NCBI GenBank assembly: GCA_041390825.1 | Contig: JAWKPF010000004.1 | Coordinates: 129,088 to 193,087 of the forward strand | DNA: 64,000 bases | Direction: 5' to 3' | Source: Thermomicrobiales bacterium | GTDB lineage: Bacteria > Chloroflexota > Chloroflexia > Thermomicrobiales > UBA6265 | In this document: positions 15,626-24,376 of the stretch, piece after piece | How the letters are laid out: every line of letters starts with the position of its first letter | Position numbering within the stretch: the first letter of the stretch is position 1 | The notes under the pieces: model-generated | The model's input: only the letters and a program-made list of their open reading frames with translations | What the model was told of the DNA's origin: nothing | Databases searched by the model: none | Made by a program: the position numbers and the translations under genes

Positions 15626-16903
15626 CTATCCAAGCAAGGGGCGGATGGCCTCGGTTGCCGTGGATAGGGCCTGGGATGCGGTTTGCTCGCCGCGCAGCGC
15701 CTTCTGGATTTCGCGCCCGATCTCCAGCGTGATCTCCATATAGTTCCGGGTCACGAAGCTATCGAAGGGCGACTCCGCCTGCTGCCGCAGCACCGCCGCG
15801 ACCGGTGTGGTTGCCTGAATCTCCGGATCATCCAGCGACGAGAGCCGCGCCGGCAACCATCCCAGATCGGTCCATTGCCGTTTTTGCACCTCGGGACTGA
15901 GGTAGAACTCGAGGAGCTGCATGGCCAGGTCGGGATTTTGGGATGTCGAGGCGAGTGTCCAGCCATCGACAGCGTTGACGGTCGCGTTGTTTTCCGGTCC
16001 CTTTGGCATCACGGCCGGGATGACTTTTTCGGTGCCGGGCGCGGCGCCGCCGTTCATCACTTCCCAGGATGATGGAAAGGTCATGAACATGGCCATGCCG
16101 TCATATTGCATGCGGAATGCCACGGCGGTGGTGTCGATATTGCTGAGCGTGTCACCGGTCATGGAGGGCATGAGGTCGATCATGAGTTGCAACGCGTCGA
16201 CCCCGGGCGCATCGTCGAATGCAGGCTGCCCGGCCTCGTCCCACATGACGCCACCGGCCTGTTGCAAGAACGCCATCCAGTACGACGTGACGCCGCCGAT
16301 TCCTGCCGGGGCGCCCCAGGGCGCCATCATGCCGATGGGAAAGGGCGGTCCCTGAAACTCGGCGGCGAACCCTTTCAGTTCGTCCCAGGTCGTCGGTGGC
16401 CCGGTCAGCCCTTTTTCGTCGAAGAGGTTCTTGTTGTAGAACAGGAGCATGAGGGAGAGGGTCGGCATTACACCGTACTGCTGCCCCTCCCAGGACATGG
16501 ATGTTCCCTGCGCTGGCGCCAGATCGTTCACCAGCTCGTCCGGCAAGCGTGAGCCGATTTCCTGCAGGTACGGACTGAACTCGGGAATCATTGCCGAGTT
16601 GTAGAGTAGGTCATAGACAGGGGCGTCGGTGTCGAAGGCGGCCTGGCTGACCTGATCGATCGAGAAAAGCGGTCGGATGTCGTAGGTGATGGCAGTGTCG
16701 CGGTCGAACTTCCAGATATCCAGCATGTCGTTGCCGTAATCGTAGGTTCCCGGCGGCCGTGGCTCTGGCCGTCCCGCGGTGAGGACGGTCAACTGGTTGG
16801 CTTGTGCTCCGACCGGCGCAACGCCATGGCCCAGGGCGAGCCCTGTCCCGGCCGCCGCGCCCATTTTCATCAATCTACGCCGGTCGAGCCGTCGCATCTC
16901 CAT
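15626..16903 (-). CDS. ABC transporter extracellular solute-binding protein (family 1, sugar type), orphan
   Basis: TAT-like leader MEMRRLDRRRLMKMGAAAGTGLALG. Typical SBP_bac_1 length and W/Y-rich composition. AAGGTG RBS. No permease genes adjacent. Confidence 0.8.
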   Translation of the reverse strand: MEMRRLDRRRLMKMGAAAGTGLALGHGVAPVGAQANQLTVLTAGRPEPRPPGTYDYGNDMLDIWKFDRDTAITYDIRPLFSIDQVSQAAFDTDAPVYDLLYNSAMIPEFSPYLQEIGSRLPDELVNDLAPAQGTSMSWEGQQYGVMPTLSLMLLFYNKNLFDEKGLTGPPTTWDELKGFAAEFQGPPFPIGMMAPWGAPAGIGGVTSYWMAFLQQAGGVMWDEAGQPAFDDAPGVDALQLMIDLMPSMTGDTLSNIDTTAVAFRMQYDGMAMFMTFPSSWEVMNGGAAPGTEKVIPAVMPKGPENNATVNAVDGWTLASTSQNPDLAMQLLEFYLSPEVQKRQWTDLGWLPARLSSLDDPEIQATTPVAAVLRQQAESPFDSFVTRNYMEITLEIGREIQKALRGEQTASQALSTATEAIRPLLG

Positions 16904-17103
16904 CACCTTGTCACGTATCTGTTTCAGCCGGAGTGATGCTATCCGGGTCCGGTGTCCAGTGTCCAGTGTCGGGAAGCCGACGTTCCACGCATTTCGCAGC
17001 TTCCCTCCTGCACCCAGTCGAAGCAGGATGGCCGAGAACGGGGCGATGTGCGTAAACAGAGACGCGCCCTGGATCATACGGCGCACGCGCGGAGAGCAAT
17101 GCG

Positions 17104-17430
17104 ATGCATCAGATCATTACCGACAATTTGCACGCCATCCAGGCAATTTGCGAAGAGTTTGGGGTTGCTCGTCTCGAACTCTTCGGCTCGGCTGCTCGCG
17201 ACGACTTCGACCCTGAGAAGAGCGATATCGACTTCATCGTCGAATTCATCGATCATGGCGCCGGCATCTCCGATCGGTACTTCGGGTTGACGCACGCCTT
17301 GGAGGATTTGCTTGGACGTCTCGTAGATATAGGGTTTGCGCGCACCTTAAAGAATCCATATTTCATAGCTGAAATAGAAGCAGATCGGACTGTCCTCTAT
17401 GAATCGGAAAATCGCATCGCGGCTGCTTGA
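17104..17430 (+). CDS. MNT-type nucleotidyltransferase (antitoxin-like partner of HEPN/DUF86 toxins)
   Basis: Pol-beta-type NTase motif LFGSAARDDFDPEKSDIDFIV. About 108 aa, typical for MntA-like proteins. Confidence 0.8.
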   Translation: MHQIITDNLHAIQAICEEFGVARLELFGSAARDDFDPEKSDIDFIVEFIDHGAGISDRYFGLTHALEDLLGRLVDIGFARTLKNPYFIAEIEADRTVLYESENRIAAA

Positions 17431-17446
17431 CGCCGATCTCCGGTAG
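17399..17446 (+). pseudogene. Possible 15-codon stub of the cognate HEPN/DUF86 toxin gene (MNRKIASRLLDADLR*)
   Basis: The ATG overlaps the 3' end of the MNT gene in the usual coupled arrangement, but the frame stops after 15 codons. What follows is REP-like hairpins, not a HEPN body. Confidence 0.25.
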
Positions 17447-17600
17447 GGGCAATCCTCTGTGATTGCCCTTGTCACGCGGAATCCCAAGTCCGCGCTCAGT
17501 GCAATTTACCCCTACGCGATTGCTGAGAACATCTGCCGCTTCCACGAGATTCGTGTAGCGCAAGAATGGGGCACCCACAGGAGGCTGCCCTTACCAGCGC
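17447..17600. repeat. Two REP-like hairpins (GGGCAATC-CTCTGT-GATTGCCC then TTGTCACGCGG; GGGCA-loop-TGCCC then TTACCAGCGCG)
   Basis: Read directly at 17447-17479 and about 17568-17600. Same architecture as the repeats at 8767, 23361 and 50687. Confidence 0.6.
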
Positions 17601-17613
17601 GATGGCGACTTCC

Positions 17614-18822
17614 CTATCCGAACGTCGCGTCCAGGGCTGCTGATAGGTCGGCGATCAGGTCGGATGGGTCTTCGAGACCGACCGAGAACCGCAGGTGGCC
17701 GTAGCGGCGGAACGGTTCTGGATAGCGTTCCCAGCCGCCGCGGCCTTCTGGGCCGACATGGACGATGAGTGATTCGTCGTGGCCAAGGGAGACGGCGGAG
17801 GTGATTACCTTCAAGTTGCTCACGAAGCGGTTTTGCGTGTCCGCGTCGCCTTCGACCGCGAAGGCCAGCATGCCGCCGAAGCCATAGTCCCCGAACTGCC
17901 GCCTGGCTGATTCGTGTTGCGGGTGGGATGCCAGCCCCGGGTAGTAGACATAGGCGACGAAGGGGTCCTTCGCCAGGAATTCGGCGACCCGCTGGGCGCT
18001 TTCCACATGCTGCCGAAGCCGCAGGGGCAATGTCACCGAACCGCGGGTGATCATCCAGGCGTTGAACGGCGAAATCGCGCCGCCAACATCGACCAGCGCA
18101 TCGGCCTTGATCTTCGAGATCAGCGCGTTCGACCCGATCACCGCGCCACCCATGGCGTCGCCATGTCCATTGATGTACTTGGTCAGCGAGTGCGCCACCA
18201 AATCGGCGCCATGTTCCAGCGGACGGAACATCGGCGGAGGCGAAAACGTGGAATCGACCGTGAGCAGCGCTCCGCTTTCATGCGCGATTTCGGCCAGTGC
18301 CGCGATATCGGCTACTTCGGTGGTGGGGTTGGCGATCACCTCGGTGTGGATCAGCTTCGTTTCCGGGCGCATGGCGGCGCGCACTTCGTCCGGGTTGGTG
18401 ATGTCGACAAAGGTTGCGGAAATCCCGTATTTGTCCGGTAGCAGCTCATCGAATAACCGCCAGATGGCTTCGTAGGTGACATCGCTGAGGACGACGTGAT
18501 CGCCGCTCTCGAGCAGCGTGAAGAAGACTCCGTGCAGGGCAGCGACACCGGTGGCGAAGACGGCCGCCGCTTCGCCCCGTTCCAGCGCAGCCAGCTTTTC
18601 TTCCAGCCGGAGCTGGTTCAGCCCGGTGTTGCGGGTGTAGAAGAGGCTATTGGTGTCCGACCAGTCGATTCCGGTGGGGTCTTCCGGCAACGCATACGAG
18701 TTCGCCATTACGAGCGGTGTGCGAATTGCCCCGCTGCCGGCATCGATTTCATTGCCGATATGCACTGCTTGGGTAGCGAATGCCAGCGATTGCGGGTCGT
18801 GTTTGTCGGGTCGGAGGGTCAT
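17614..18822 (-). CDS. PLP-dependent Cys/Met-metabolism enzyme (methionine gamma-lyase / cystathionine gamma-synthase / O-acylhomoserine sulfhydrylase family)
   Basis: PLP-lysine motif HSLTKYINGHGDAMGG. Family-typical length and N-terminal FATQAVH. Confidence 0.85.
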   Translation of the reverse strand: MTLRPDKHDPQSLAFATQAVHIGNEIDAGSGAIRTPLVMANSYALPEDPTGIDWSDTNSLFYTRNTGLNQLRLEEKLAALERGEAAAVFATGVAALHGVFFTLLESGDHVVLSDVTYEAIWRLFDELLPDKYGISATFVDITNPDEVRAAMRPETKLIHTEVIANPTTEVADIAALAEIAHESGALLTVDSTFSPPPMFRPLEHGADLVAHSLTKYINGHGDAMGGAVIGSNALISKIKADALVDVGGAISPFNAWMITRGSVTLPLRLRQHVESAQRVAEFLAKDPFVAYVYYPGLASHPQHESARRQFGDYGFGGMLAFAVEGDADTQNRFVSNLKVITSAVSLGHDESLIVHVGPEGRGGWERYPEPFRRYGHLRFSVGLEDPSDLIADLSAALDATFG

Positions 18823-18828
18823 GGGTGA

Positions 18829-18891
18829 GTCCAGTGTCGAGAGTCCAGTGTCCAGGGGCTCGAGTCCGGAGTTCTGAGGCCGGAGTCCGGA
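18829..18891. repeat. Heptad-periodic spacer, 9 units (GTCCAGT GTCGAGA GTCCAGT GTCCAGG GGCTCGA GTCCGGA GTTCTGA GGCCGGA GTCCGGA)
   Basis: Read directly. Fills the gap between the paiB-like stop and the PLP-enzyme start. Confidence 0.9.
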
Positions 18892-18963
18892 GAAAACGGG
18901 TCGTGGGGAAGGGGCGCGGTGCTCTGTTGGGTCGAGTGTCCAGTGATCATGTTGGCTGCGGCG

Positions 18964-19608
18964 CTAATGTGTTGGGCGCGATCGTTCGATGAGGGCCGCC
19001 ATGGCGAGATCGGCATCGGAACCGCGGGCGCGGAGCCCTGCGACTGCGCCGGCAGCGTCTTCGGGGAGTCGGTTCTGGCTGGCCTTGGTTTTGCCGATCA
19101 GGGAGCGAATGGGAATCTCGATACCGACGATGTTCGCCAGCATGTCTTCGGTGTACTTCCGCGGGGCGTCGGCCATCTTCCAGGGAACCGGTTCGGATGC
19201 TTCCATCATTTTGGTCAGCTTGCCAGCCTGACCGCGAACCCATCTCTCGTCGTCGTGCACGATCAATTCGCCGCGCACCTGCGCCATGGCGTAGTTCCAG
19301 GTGGGCACGACTTCATGCGTCGTTTGCTTGCTGGGATACCAGTTGGGGGTGATGTAGCGGTCGACCGACTGAAAGACGACCAGCGCCTCCAAGCCGGGAT
19401 CGACATCGCGCCAGACCGGATTGTTCCGCGCTACGTGCAGCAGCAAGCGCCCCTGCTCGCCCCAGTCGCGGTCGAGCACGCATGGAATGGGATTGGCCGT
19501 GATTCCTTGACTGCCCATGGTGATCAACATGCCAAGGGGATTCGCCTCGATCAGCCCATAGATTGCGCTGGAATCGGATTCAATGAAATGTGGCGGCAGG
19601 TAGACCAT
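18964..19608 (-). CDS. PaiB-family FMN-binding putative transcriptional regulator
   Basis: MVYLPPHF N-terminus, LLLHVARNNP, and NYAMAQVRGEL are typical of the PaiB family. Start chosen at the internal ATG 19608. Confidence 0.75.
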   Translation of the reverse strand: MVYLPPHFIESDSSAIYGLIEANPLGMLITMGSQGITANPIPCVLDRDWGEQGRLLLHVARNNPVWRDVDPGLEALVVFQSVDRYITPNWYPSKQTTHEVVPTWNYAMAQVRGELIVHDDERWVRGQAGKLTKMMEASEPVPWKMADAPRKYTEDMLANIVGIEIPIRSLIGKTKASQNRLPEDAAGAVAGLRARGSDADLAMAALIERSRPTH

Positions 19609-19702
19609 GTGAATGAAGTCCAGTGTCCGTAAATCAGATTTGGCTTCGACCATCCTACAATCGTAGACCGAACAGCACACCTGCCCCTATGAAAGGATTG
19701 GC

Positions 19703-21538
19703 ATGTCCACCAAACCCGTGACAACGCTCCCCACCATGGACGAGTTCGCCGCCGTTGTGACGTACGGCGGCGCGGCGTCGTTCTCGCCCGACGGTTCCCA
19801 ACTGGCGGTCATCAACAATCGCTCCGGGCAGTACAACATCTGGCTGCAGCCGATCGCCGGCGGCGAGCAAACCCAGCTCACCTTCTATACCGACAACGCC
19901 GTGCGCGATCTCGCCTGGTCGCCGGACGGGAAGCGGATTCTCTACACTGCCGACTTCCAGGGCAACGAAAAGCACCAGCTCTTCCTGATGCCGGCCGAGG
20001 GCGGTGCGGCCGAAGCGCTGACCGATGAGCCGGAGGTGCAGTATTTCCTTGGCGACGGCGCCTGGTCGCCCGACGGCAACTACATCGCCTATGCCGGCAA
20101 CGACCGCGATCCCTACGCGCAAGACATCATCATCCGGGAGGCCCCAACCGGCGAGCTCGACCGCGCGGTGAAAGATGGACGGATCAACTTTGCTGGAGGC
20201 TGGTCACCCGATGGCAAGCACCTGCTGATCGCCGATGCCCGGTCCAACCTGGAGATCGTTCCAAAGCTGCTGAATGTCCAAACTGGCGAGGCCGAAGACC
20301 TGGTGGATACGGACGTGCTCGCCAACGAGCGGCCGGCCGCGTGGTCGCCAGACGGATCCGGATTCTGGCTCATTACCGATCGAGGAAGCGAGCACGACTG
20401 GCTGGGGTTCTACGAGCTGGAGACACGGAGGATCACACCGGTCGCGCAACCCGATTGGAGCGTGGAGACCGTAGCGGTTTCCAAGGACGGCACATGGCTG
20501 GTCTGGTCGGTGAACGAGAACGGCTATTCGCGCATCCAGGTGCTGAACCGCGAAACGGGCGCGCAACACGAGCTGACGGAACTGCCGGGCGGCACGTTGC
20601 CCCCATTCGGGGGTGGAATCCATCTCTCCCCGGACAACACGCATGCCGTCATCAAGATGGTCACACCCACCAAGCCGAACGAGCTCTACCTGGTCGAACT
20701 GGAAAGCGGCGCGACCCAGCTTCTCACGGACAGCCGCAAGGTGGCCATCGACGAGTCACTGCTGGTCGAACCGGAGCAAGTCGAGATCGAGGCATTCGAC
20801 GGTCTGACGATTCCCGCGCTGCTCTTCAAGCCGCATGGCGAGGGGCCATTCCCCGCGGTGCTTTCCATCCATGGCGGACCGGAAGCGCAAGAGCGGCCCG
20901 GCTATGCCTATCGCGGTTTCTACCAGTTCCTGCTCAGCCGGGGAATTGCCGTCCTGGCCCCGAACATTCGCGGTTCGACCGGGTACGGCACGAGCTACCA
21001 GAAGCTGATCCATGGCGATCTGGGCGGCAACGATGTCAACGACTTCGAAGCCTGCGCGCGGTATCTTCGGTCGCTGCCGTGGGTGAAATCGGACAAGATC
21101 GGCGTCTTTGGCGGCTCGTATGGCGGGTTTGCGGTGCTCACCTGTGTGAGCCGGTTGCCGGAGTATTGGGCGGCAGCGGTGGATATCGTCGGGCCGTCCA
21201 ATCTGGTCTCGCTGGTGCGGACCATTCCTCCCACCTGGCGCGACGTCGCCAAGAGTCTGTTTGGCGATCCCGAAACGCAGGAAGCGGACATGCTGCGACG
21301 CTCGCCGATCACCTATGTGGATCAGATCGTCACTCCGCTGTACGTCATCCAGGGCGCGAACGACCCGCGGGTGGTGCAAGCGGAAAGCGATGCCATTGTG
21401 GAAAAGCTGCGCGCTCGCGGGGTGGATGTGAAGTACGACATCTACCCGGACGAGGGGCATGGCTTCACGAAAGTCGAGAACGATATCAAAGCCATGCGCG
21501 ACTCCGGCCAGTTCTTCGTGGATCACTTGCTGGGGTAG
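19703..21538 (+). CDS. S9-family serine peptidase (prolyl oligopeptidase / acylaminoacyl-peptidase type) with an N-terminal beta-propeller
   Basis: Repeated WSPDG propeller motifs. Nucleophile elbow GGSYGG. C-terminal DEGHGF catalytic His region. Confidence 0.85.
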   Translation: MSTKPVTTLPTMDEFAAVVTYGGAASFSPDGSQLAVINNRSGQYNIWLQPIAGGEQTQLTFYTDNAVRDLAWSPDGKRILYTADFQGNEKHQLFLMPAEGGAAEALTDEPEVQYFLGDGAWSPDGNYIAYAGNDRDPYAQDIIIREAPTGELDRAVKDGRINFAGGWSPDGKHLLIADARSNLEIVPKLLNVQTGEAEDLVDTDVLANERPAAWSPDGSGFWLITDRGSEHDWLGFYELETRRITPVAQPDWSVETVAVSKDGTWLVWSVNENGYSRIQVLNRETGAQHELTELPGGTLPPFGGGIHLSPDNTHAVIKMVTPTKPNELYLVELESGATQLLTDSRKVAIDESLLVEPEQVEIEAFDGLTIPALLFKPHGEGPFPAVLSIHGGPEAQERPGYAYRGFYQFLLSRGIAVLAPNIRGSTGYGTSYQKLIHGDLGGNDVNDFEACARYLRSLPWVKSDKIGVFGGSYGGFAVLTCVSRLPEYWAAAVDIVGPSNLVSLVRTIPPTWRDVAKSLFGDPETQEADMLRRSPITYVDQIVTPLYVIQGANDPRVVQAESDAIVEKLRARGVDVKYDIYPDEGHGFTKVENDIKAMRDSGQFFVDHLLG

Positions 21539-21555
21539 CGCGGCCGATTCCAGCG

Positions 21556-22962
21556 CTATGAAGGAGCGGCGGCCATCCAGGAGGAGATCGGGCGGCGAAG
21601 TCCCTTGGGGTAGTGGTTCTTGATGACGTCGCCGGTGCGTTTGCCCCAGCCGAGCGGGAATCCGTCGAAAACGATCAGCACCCAACCGGGCTTGCCGGGT
21701 TTGGTGAGCGTTTCGCCAGAGAGATAGCGGGCGGTTTCCTCGAAATCGAGCGATTCCACCAACGTGCAGTCAGCTGGATTCAGGAAGAGCGCGAGCGCAT
21801 GCGAGGGCGTGAAGCGCCCGGGCGCGGCCGTTCCGAGCCAAAGCCCCGGACGCACCGTCGGGAGCTCACCGATCAGCGGACTGTACTCCGGCACGAGAAA
21901 CAACCGGTCGCCTTGCATTATGGGAATACCGTAATACTCGAGTTCTGGCACAGACTCGTCGAGGAATGCGTCGAGAATGGCAGTTGCCTTTTCTGTGCTG
22001 CGGGAATCGAACCGAGCACTGTCCCCCTCCCCTTCGACGTTCCGGCCGGAACTACCGTGATGCAGCCGAGCGATCGTATGGCCGTCGCCCTCGATCCGGT
22101 GCGGCCATAACCGCGCCATGCCGGAAAGATCGTGCGTGGTGTCTGCCCAATCGGTGCGGCCCGGGGTGGCGCCGGGGAGCTGCAATCGCTCCAGCGTCCA
22201 TGCGGGGTGGTCATCGAGAAACGCCGCTATGACCTGTTCGTTCTCTTCCGGGGCAAACGTGCACGTGCTGTAGACCAAATAGCCGTCCACTGCTACCAAC
22301 CGCGCGGCTGCATCGAGCAGCGCACGCTGGCGCCGGGCCGATCCTTCCACGTGCGCGACTGACCATTCTGTCCGGGCTTCGGGGGAACGACGGAAGAGCC
22401 CTTCGCCCGAACAGGGCGCATCGACCAGCACTTCCCCGAAGTTGCTTCCCTGCAGGGTCGCAATCCGGCCGATTTCCAGATTCGTGATGAGGGCCTTTTC
22501 GGTTCCCCAGCGTTCCAGGTTCTCCCCGAGCGCTTTGACGCGGCTGCCGACCAACTCGTTGGCCACGAGAATCCCTGTCTCCCGGAGGTGGTCGTGGATT
22601 TGGGTTGCTTTGCCGCCTGGCGCGGCGCACGCATCGACAACCCACTCCACTGTCGAGAAGTCCATCTGCTCCACCGGCGCCATGGCCGAGGGTTCCTGCA
22701 GGTAATAGACGCCGGCTGCGTGCCAGGGGTGCTTGCCGGCAGGGGCGTCTTCGGGGAGATAGAAACCGGTCGGGCACCAGGGGACTGGCTCCAGCGGCCA
22801 GGGGGAGCGCTGGCGGAACTCCTCGGGGGTGATCTTGTATGGATTGACGCGCAGTCCCGGGCGCGCCGGACGGTCGTAGGAGGCGAAGAAATCCGCAGCC
22901 TCGTCGCCGAGGAGCGTCGTCATCCGCTCGACATAGGCGGCCGGCAGCGGAGGGGATGCCAT
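21556..22962 (-). CDS. RsmB/RsmF (NOL1/NOP2/Sun) family RNA cytosine-C5 methyltransferase
   Basis: SAM motif DACAAPGGK. Catalytic motifs DAPCSGEG and YSTCT. Confidence 0.85.
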   Translation of the reverse strand: MASPPLPAAYVERMTTLLGDEAADFFASYDRPARPGLRVNPYKITPEEFRQRSPWPLEPVPWCPTGFYLPEDAPAGKHPWHAAGVYYLQEPSAMAPVEQMDFSTVEWVVDACAAPGGKATQIHDHLRETGILVANELVGSRVKALGENLERWGTEKALITNLEIGRIATLQGSNFGEVLVDAPCSGEGLFRRSPEARTEWSVAHVEGSARRQRALLDAAARLVAVDGYLVYSTCTFAPEENEQVIAAFLDDHPAWTLERLQLPGATPGRTDWADTTHDLSGMARLWPHRIEGDGHTIARLHHGSSGRNVEGEGDSARFDSRSTEKATAILDAFLDESVPELEYYGIPIMQGDRLFLVPEYSPLIGELPTVRPGLWLGTAAPGRFTPSHALALFLNPADCTLVESLDFEETARYLSGETLTKPGKPGWVLIVFDGFPLGWGKRTGDVIKNHYPKGLRRPISSWMAAAPS

Positions 22963-22973
22963 CTGGGGCGTTC

Positions 22974-23240
22974 CTACCCTTCGAGGATCTCGATGAGCTG
23001 ATCTTCGATTTCGCGCTCGTTCGGGAAGCGGTCGACCTTCTTGCGCGAGAAGAGGAGCTTGTCGTCCAACCAGACGTCGTAGACCTCACGGTCACCGGGA
23101 ATGATGGTGACTCCGCCCGGCAGAAAATCGCCGAACTCTTCCATCACATCGCCGGCGAGTTTGTTGGCGCGGCGGGTGAACCCGCATTCGAAGCAGAACT
23201 CGATCCGCACCGCCGGGGACTTGTCGGCAATAGGCATCAC
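22974..23240 (-). CDS. Rdx (SelW/SelT-like) family thioredoxin-fold protein, Cys form
   Basis: VRIEFCFECGF CxxC motif near the N-terminus. About 88 aa. Confidence 0.7.
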   Translation of the reverse strand: MMPIADKSPAVRIEFCFECGFTRRANKLAGDVMEEFGDFLPGGVTIIPGDREVYDVWLDDKLLFSRKKVDRFPNEREIEDQLIEILEG

Positions 23241-23360
23241 GTGCGCTCCTTCCGGCTACCAAGCGAAAGCACCATGCCTGCAATTGTGCCATCGAAAGGC
23301 AGTGAGCCGTGGGTTGTCAATTGGCAATCGGCCGCAGACGGCGAGGGCCGTCCTGACGGA

Positions 23361-23442
23361 GGCGGGCACGGGTCCCGCCACTACGAAGGTGGGTGCGGGC
23401 GTTGCCGGGAGGTTGGCGGGCACGGGTCCCGCCACTACGAGG
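23361..23442. repeat. Two near-identical direct repeats (GGCGGGCACGGGTCCCGCCACTACGA[A]GG) 54 bp apart, each with a GCGGG/CCCGC hairpin
   Basis: Copies at 23361-23389 and 23415-23442, read directly. Confidence 0.9.
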
Positions 23443-23470
23443 TAGGTGCGCGTGTTGGCGATGATGACGG

Positions 23471-24376
23471 CTATCGACTGCCTTTCGGGTCGAAGGCGTC
23501 GCGGAGGCCGTCGCCGACGAAGTTGAAGGCGAGGACGCAGAGGGTGAGGGCAATGCCGGGGAGGATGGCGAGCAGGGGGTCGGAAAGGTAGTCGGTGCGG
23601 CTTTCGCTGAGCATGTTGCCCCAGGTGGGGATGCCGGGGGGAACGCCAAAGCCAAGGAAGGACAATCCGGCTTCATAGAGCATGAAGAGGGCGACGTCGA
23701 GTGTGAAGGTGACCACGATGGCGCCGATCACGTTTGGCAGCAGATGCCGCCGGATGATCTGACTATTAGGGGTGCCGATGGAACGCGCGGCCTCCACGAA
23801 CTCGCGTTGCTTCAGGGAGAGGAACTCGCCCCGGACGATGCGGGTGAGCCACATCCAGCTAAACAGGCCCATGAAGAGGATGACGCCCCAGACGGAGATG
23901 CCTTCGAACATGGCGGCGATGATCAGCAGGAGGAAGATGCTGGGGAACGCCAGCATCAAATCGACGAAGCGCATGATGGCGCCATCCACCCAGCCGCCGT
24001 AGTAGCCCGAGACCGCGCCGAAGAGCATGCCCACCACCACGCAGATGACTGCAGCGGCCACCCCGATGGCGAGGGACATGCGGCCGCCGTAGAGCAGGCG
24101 GGAGAGAACATCCCGGCCGAGAGCGTCGGTGCCGAGCAAGTGCTCACGGCTGGGGGGCGCCTTGATGTTGAAGAGGTCGATCTCGTTTTGCCCGTGCGGG
24201 GCGATCCAGGGGGCCAGGGCGGTAAGCACCACGATGACGGTCAGCATACCCACGCCGAGCATGGCCAGCGGGGATCTGCGGAAGCGGCGCCAGGCAAGCT
24301 GCGCGGGCGTGCGGGCCTGTACGAAACCTGGATCGTTGCCCAGGACCTCATCGAGCGTGACGACACCGGCGCTCAC
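23471..24376 (-). CDS. Peptide/nickel ABC transporter permease (DppC/OppC type)
   Basis: GTG start in a GTGA overlap with the upstream permease stop. Motif LLGTDALGRDVLSRLLYG. Confidence 0.85.
   Translation of the reverse strand: MSAGVVTLDEVLGNDPGFVQARTPAQLAWRRFRRSPLAMLGVGMLTVIVVLTALAPWIAPHGQNEIDLFNIKAPPSREHLLGTDALGRDVLSRLLYGGRMSLAIGVAAAVICVVVGMLFGAVSGYYGGWVDGAIMRFVDLMLAFPSIFLLLIIAAMFEGISVWGVILFMGLFSWMWLTRIVRGEFLSLKQREFVEAARSIGTPNSQIIRRHLLPNVIGAIVVTFTLDVALFMLYEAGLSFLGFGVPPGIPTWGNMLSESRTDYLSDPLLAILPGIALTLCVLAFNFVGDGLRDAFDPKGSR

Noticed and set aside
18823-18963. Possible SAM or other riboswitch upstream of the PLP Cys/Met enzyme gene
   Set aside because: The gap consists almost entirely of GTCCAGN-type heptads. 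No SAM-I/II-like conserved cores are visible.
22974-23240. Selenocysteine-containing SelW-like gene
   Set aside because: The redox motif is CxxC encoded by Cys codons. There is no in-frame TGA and no SECIS-like hairpin requirement.
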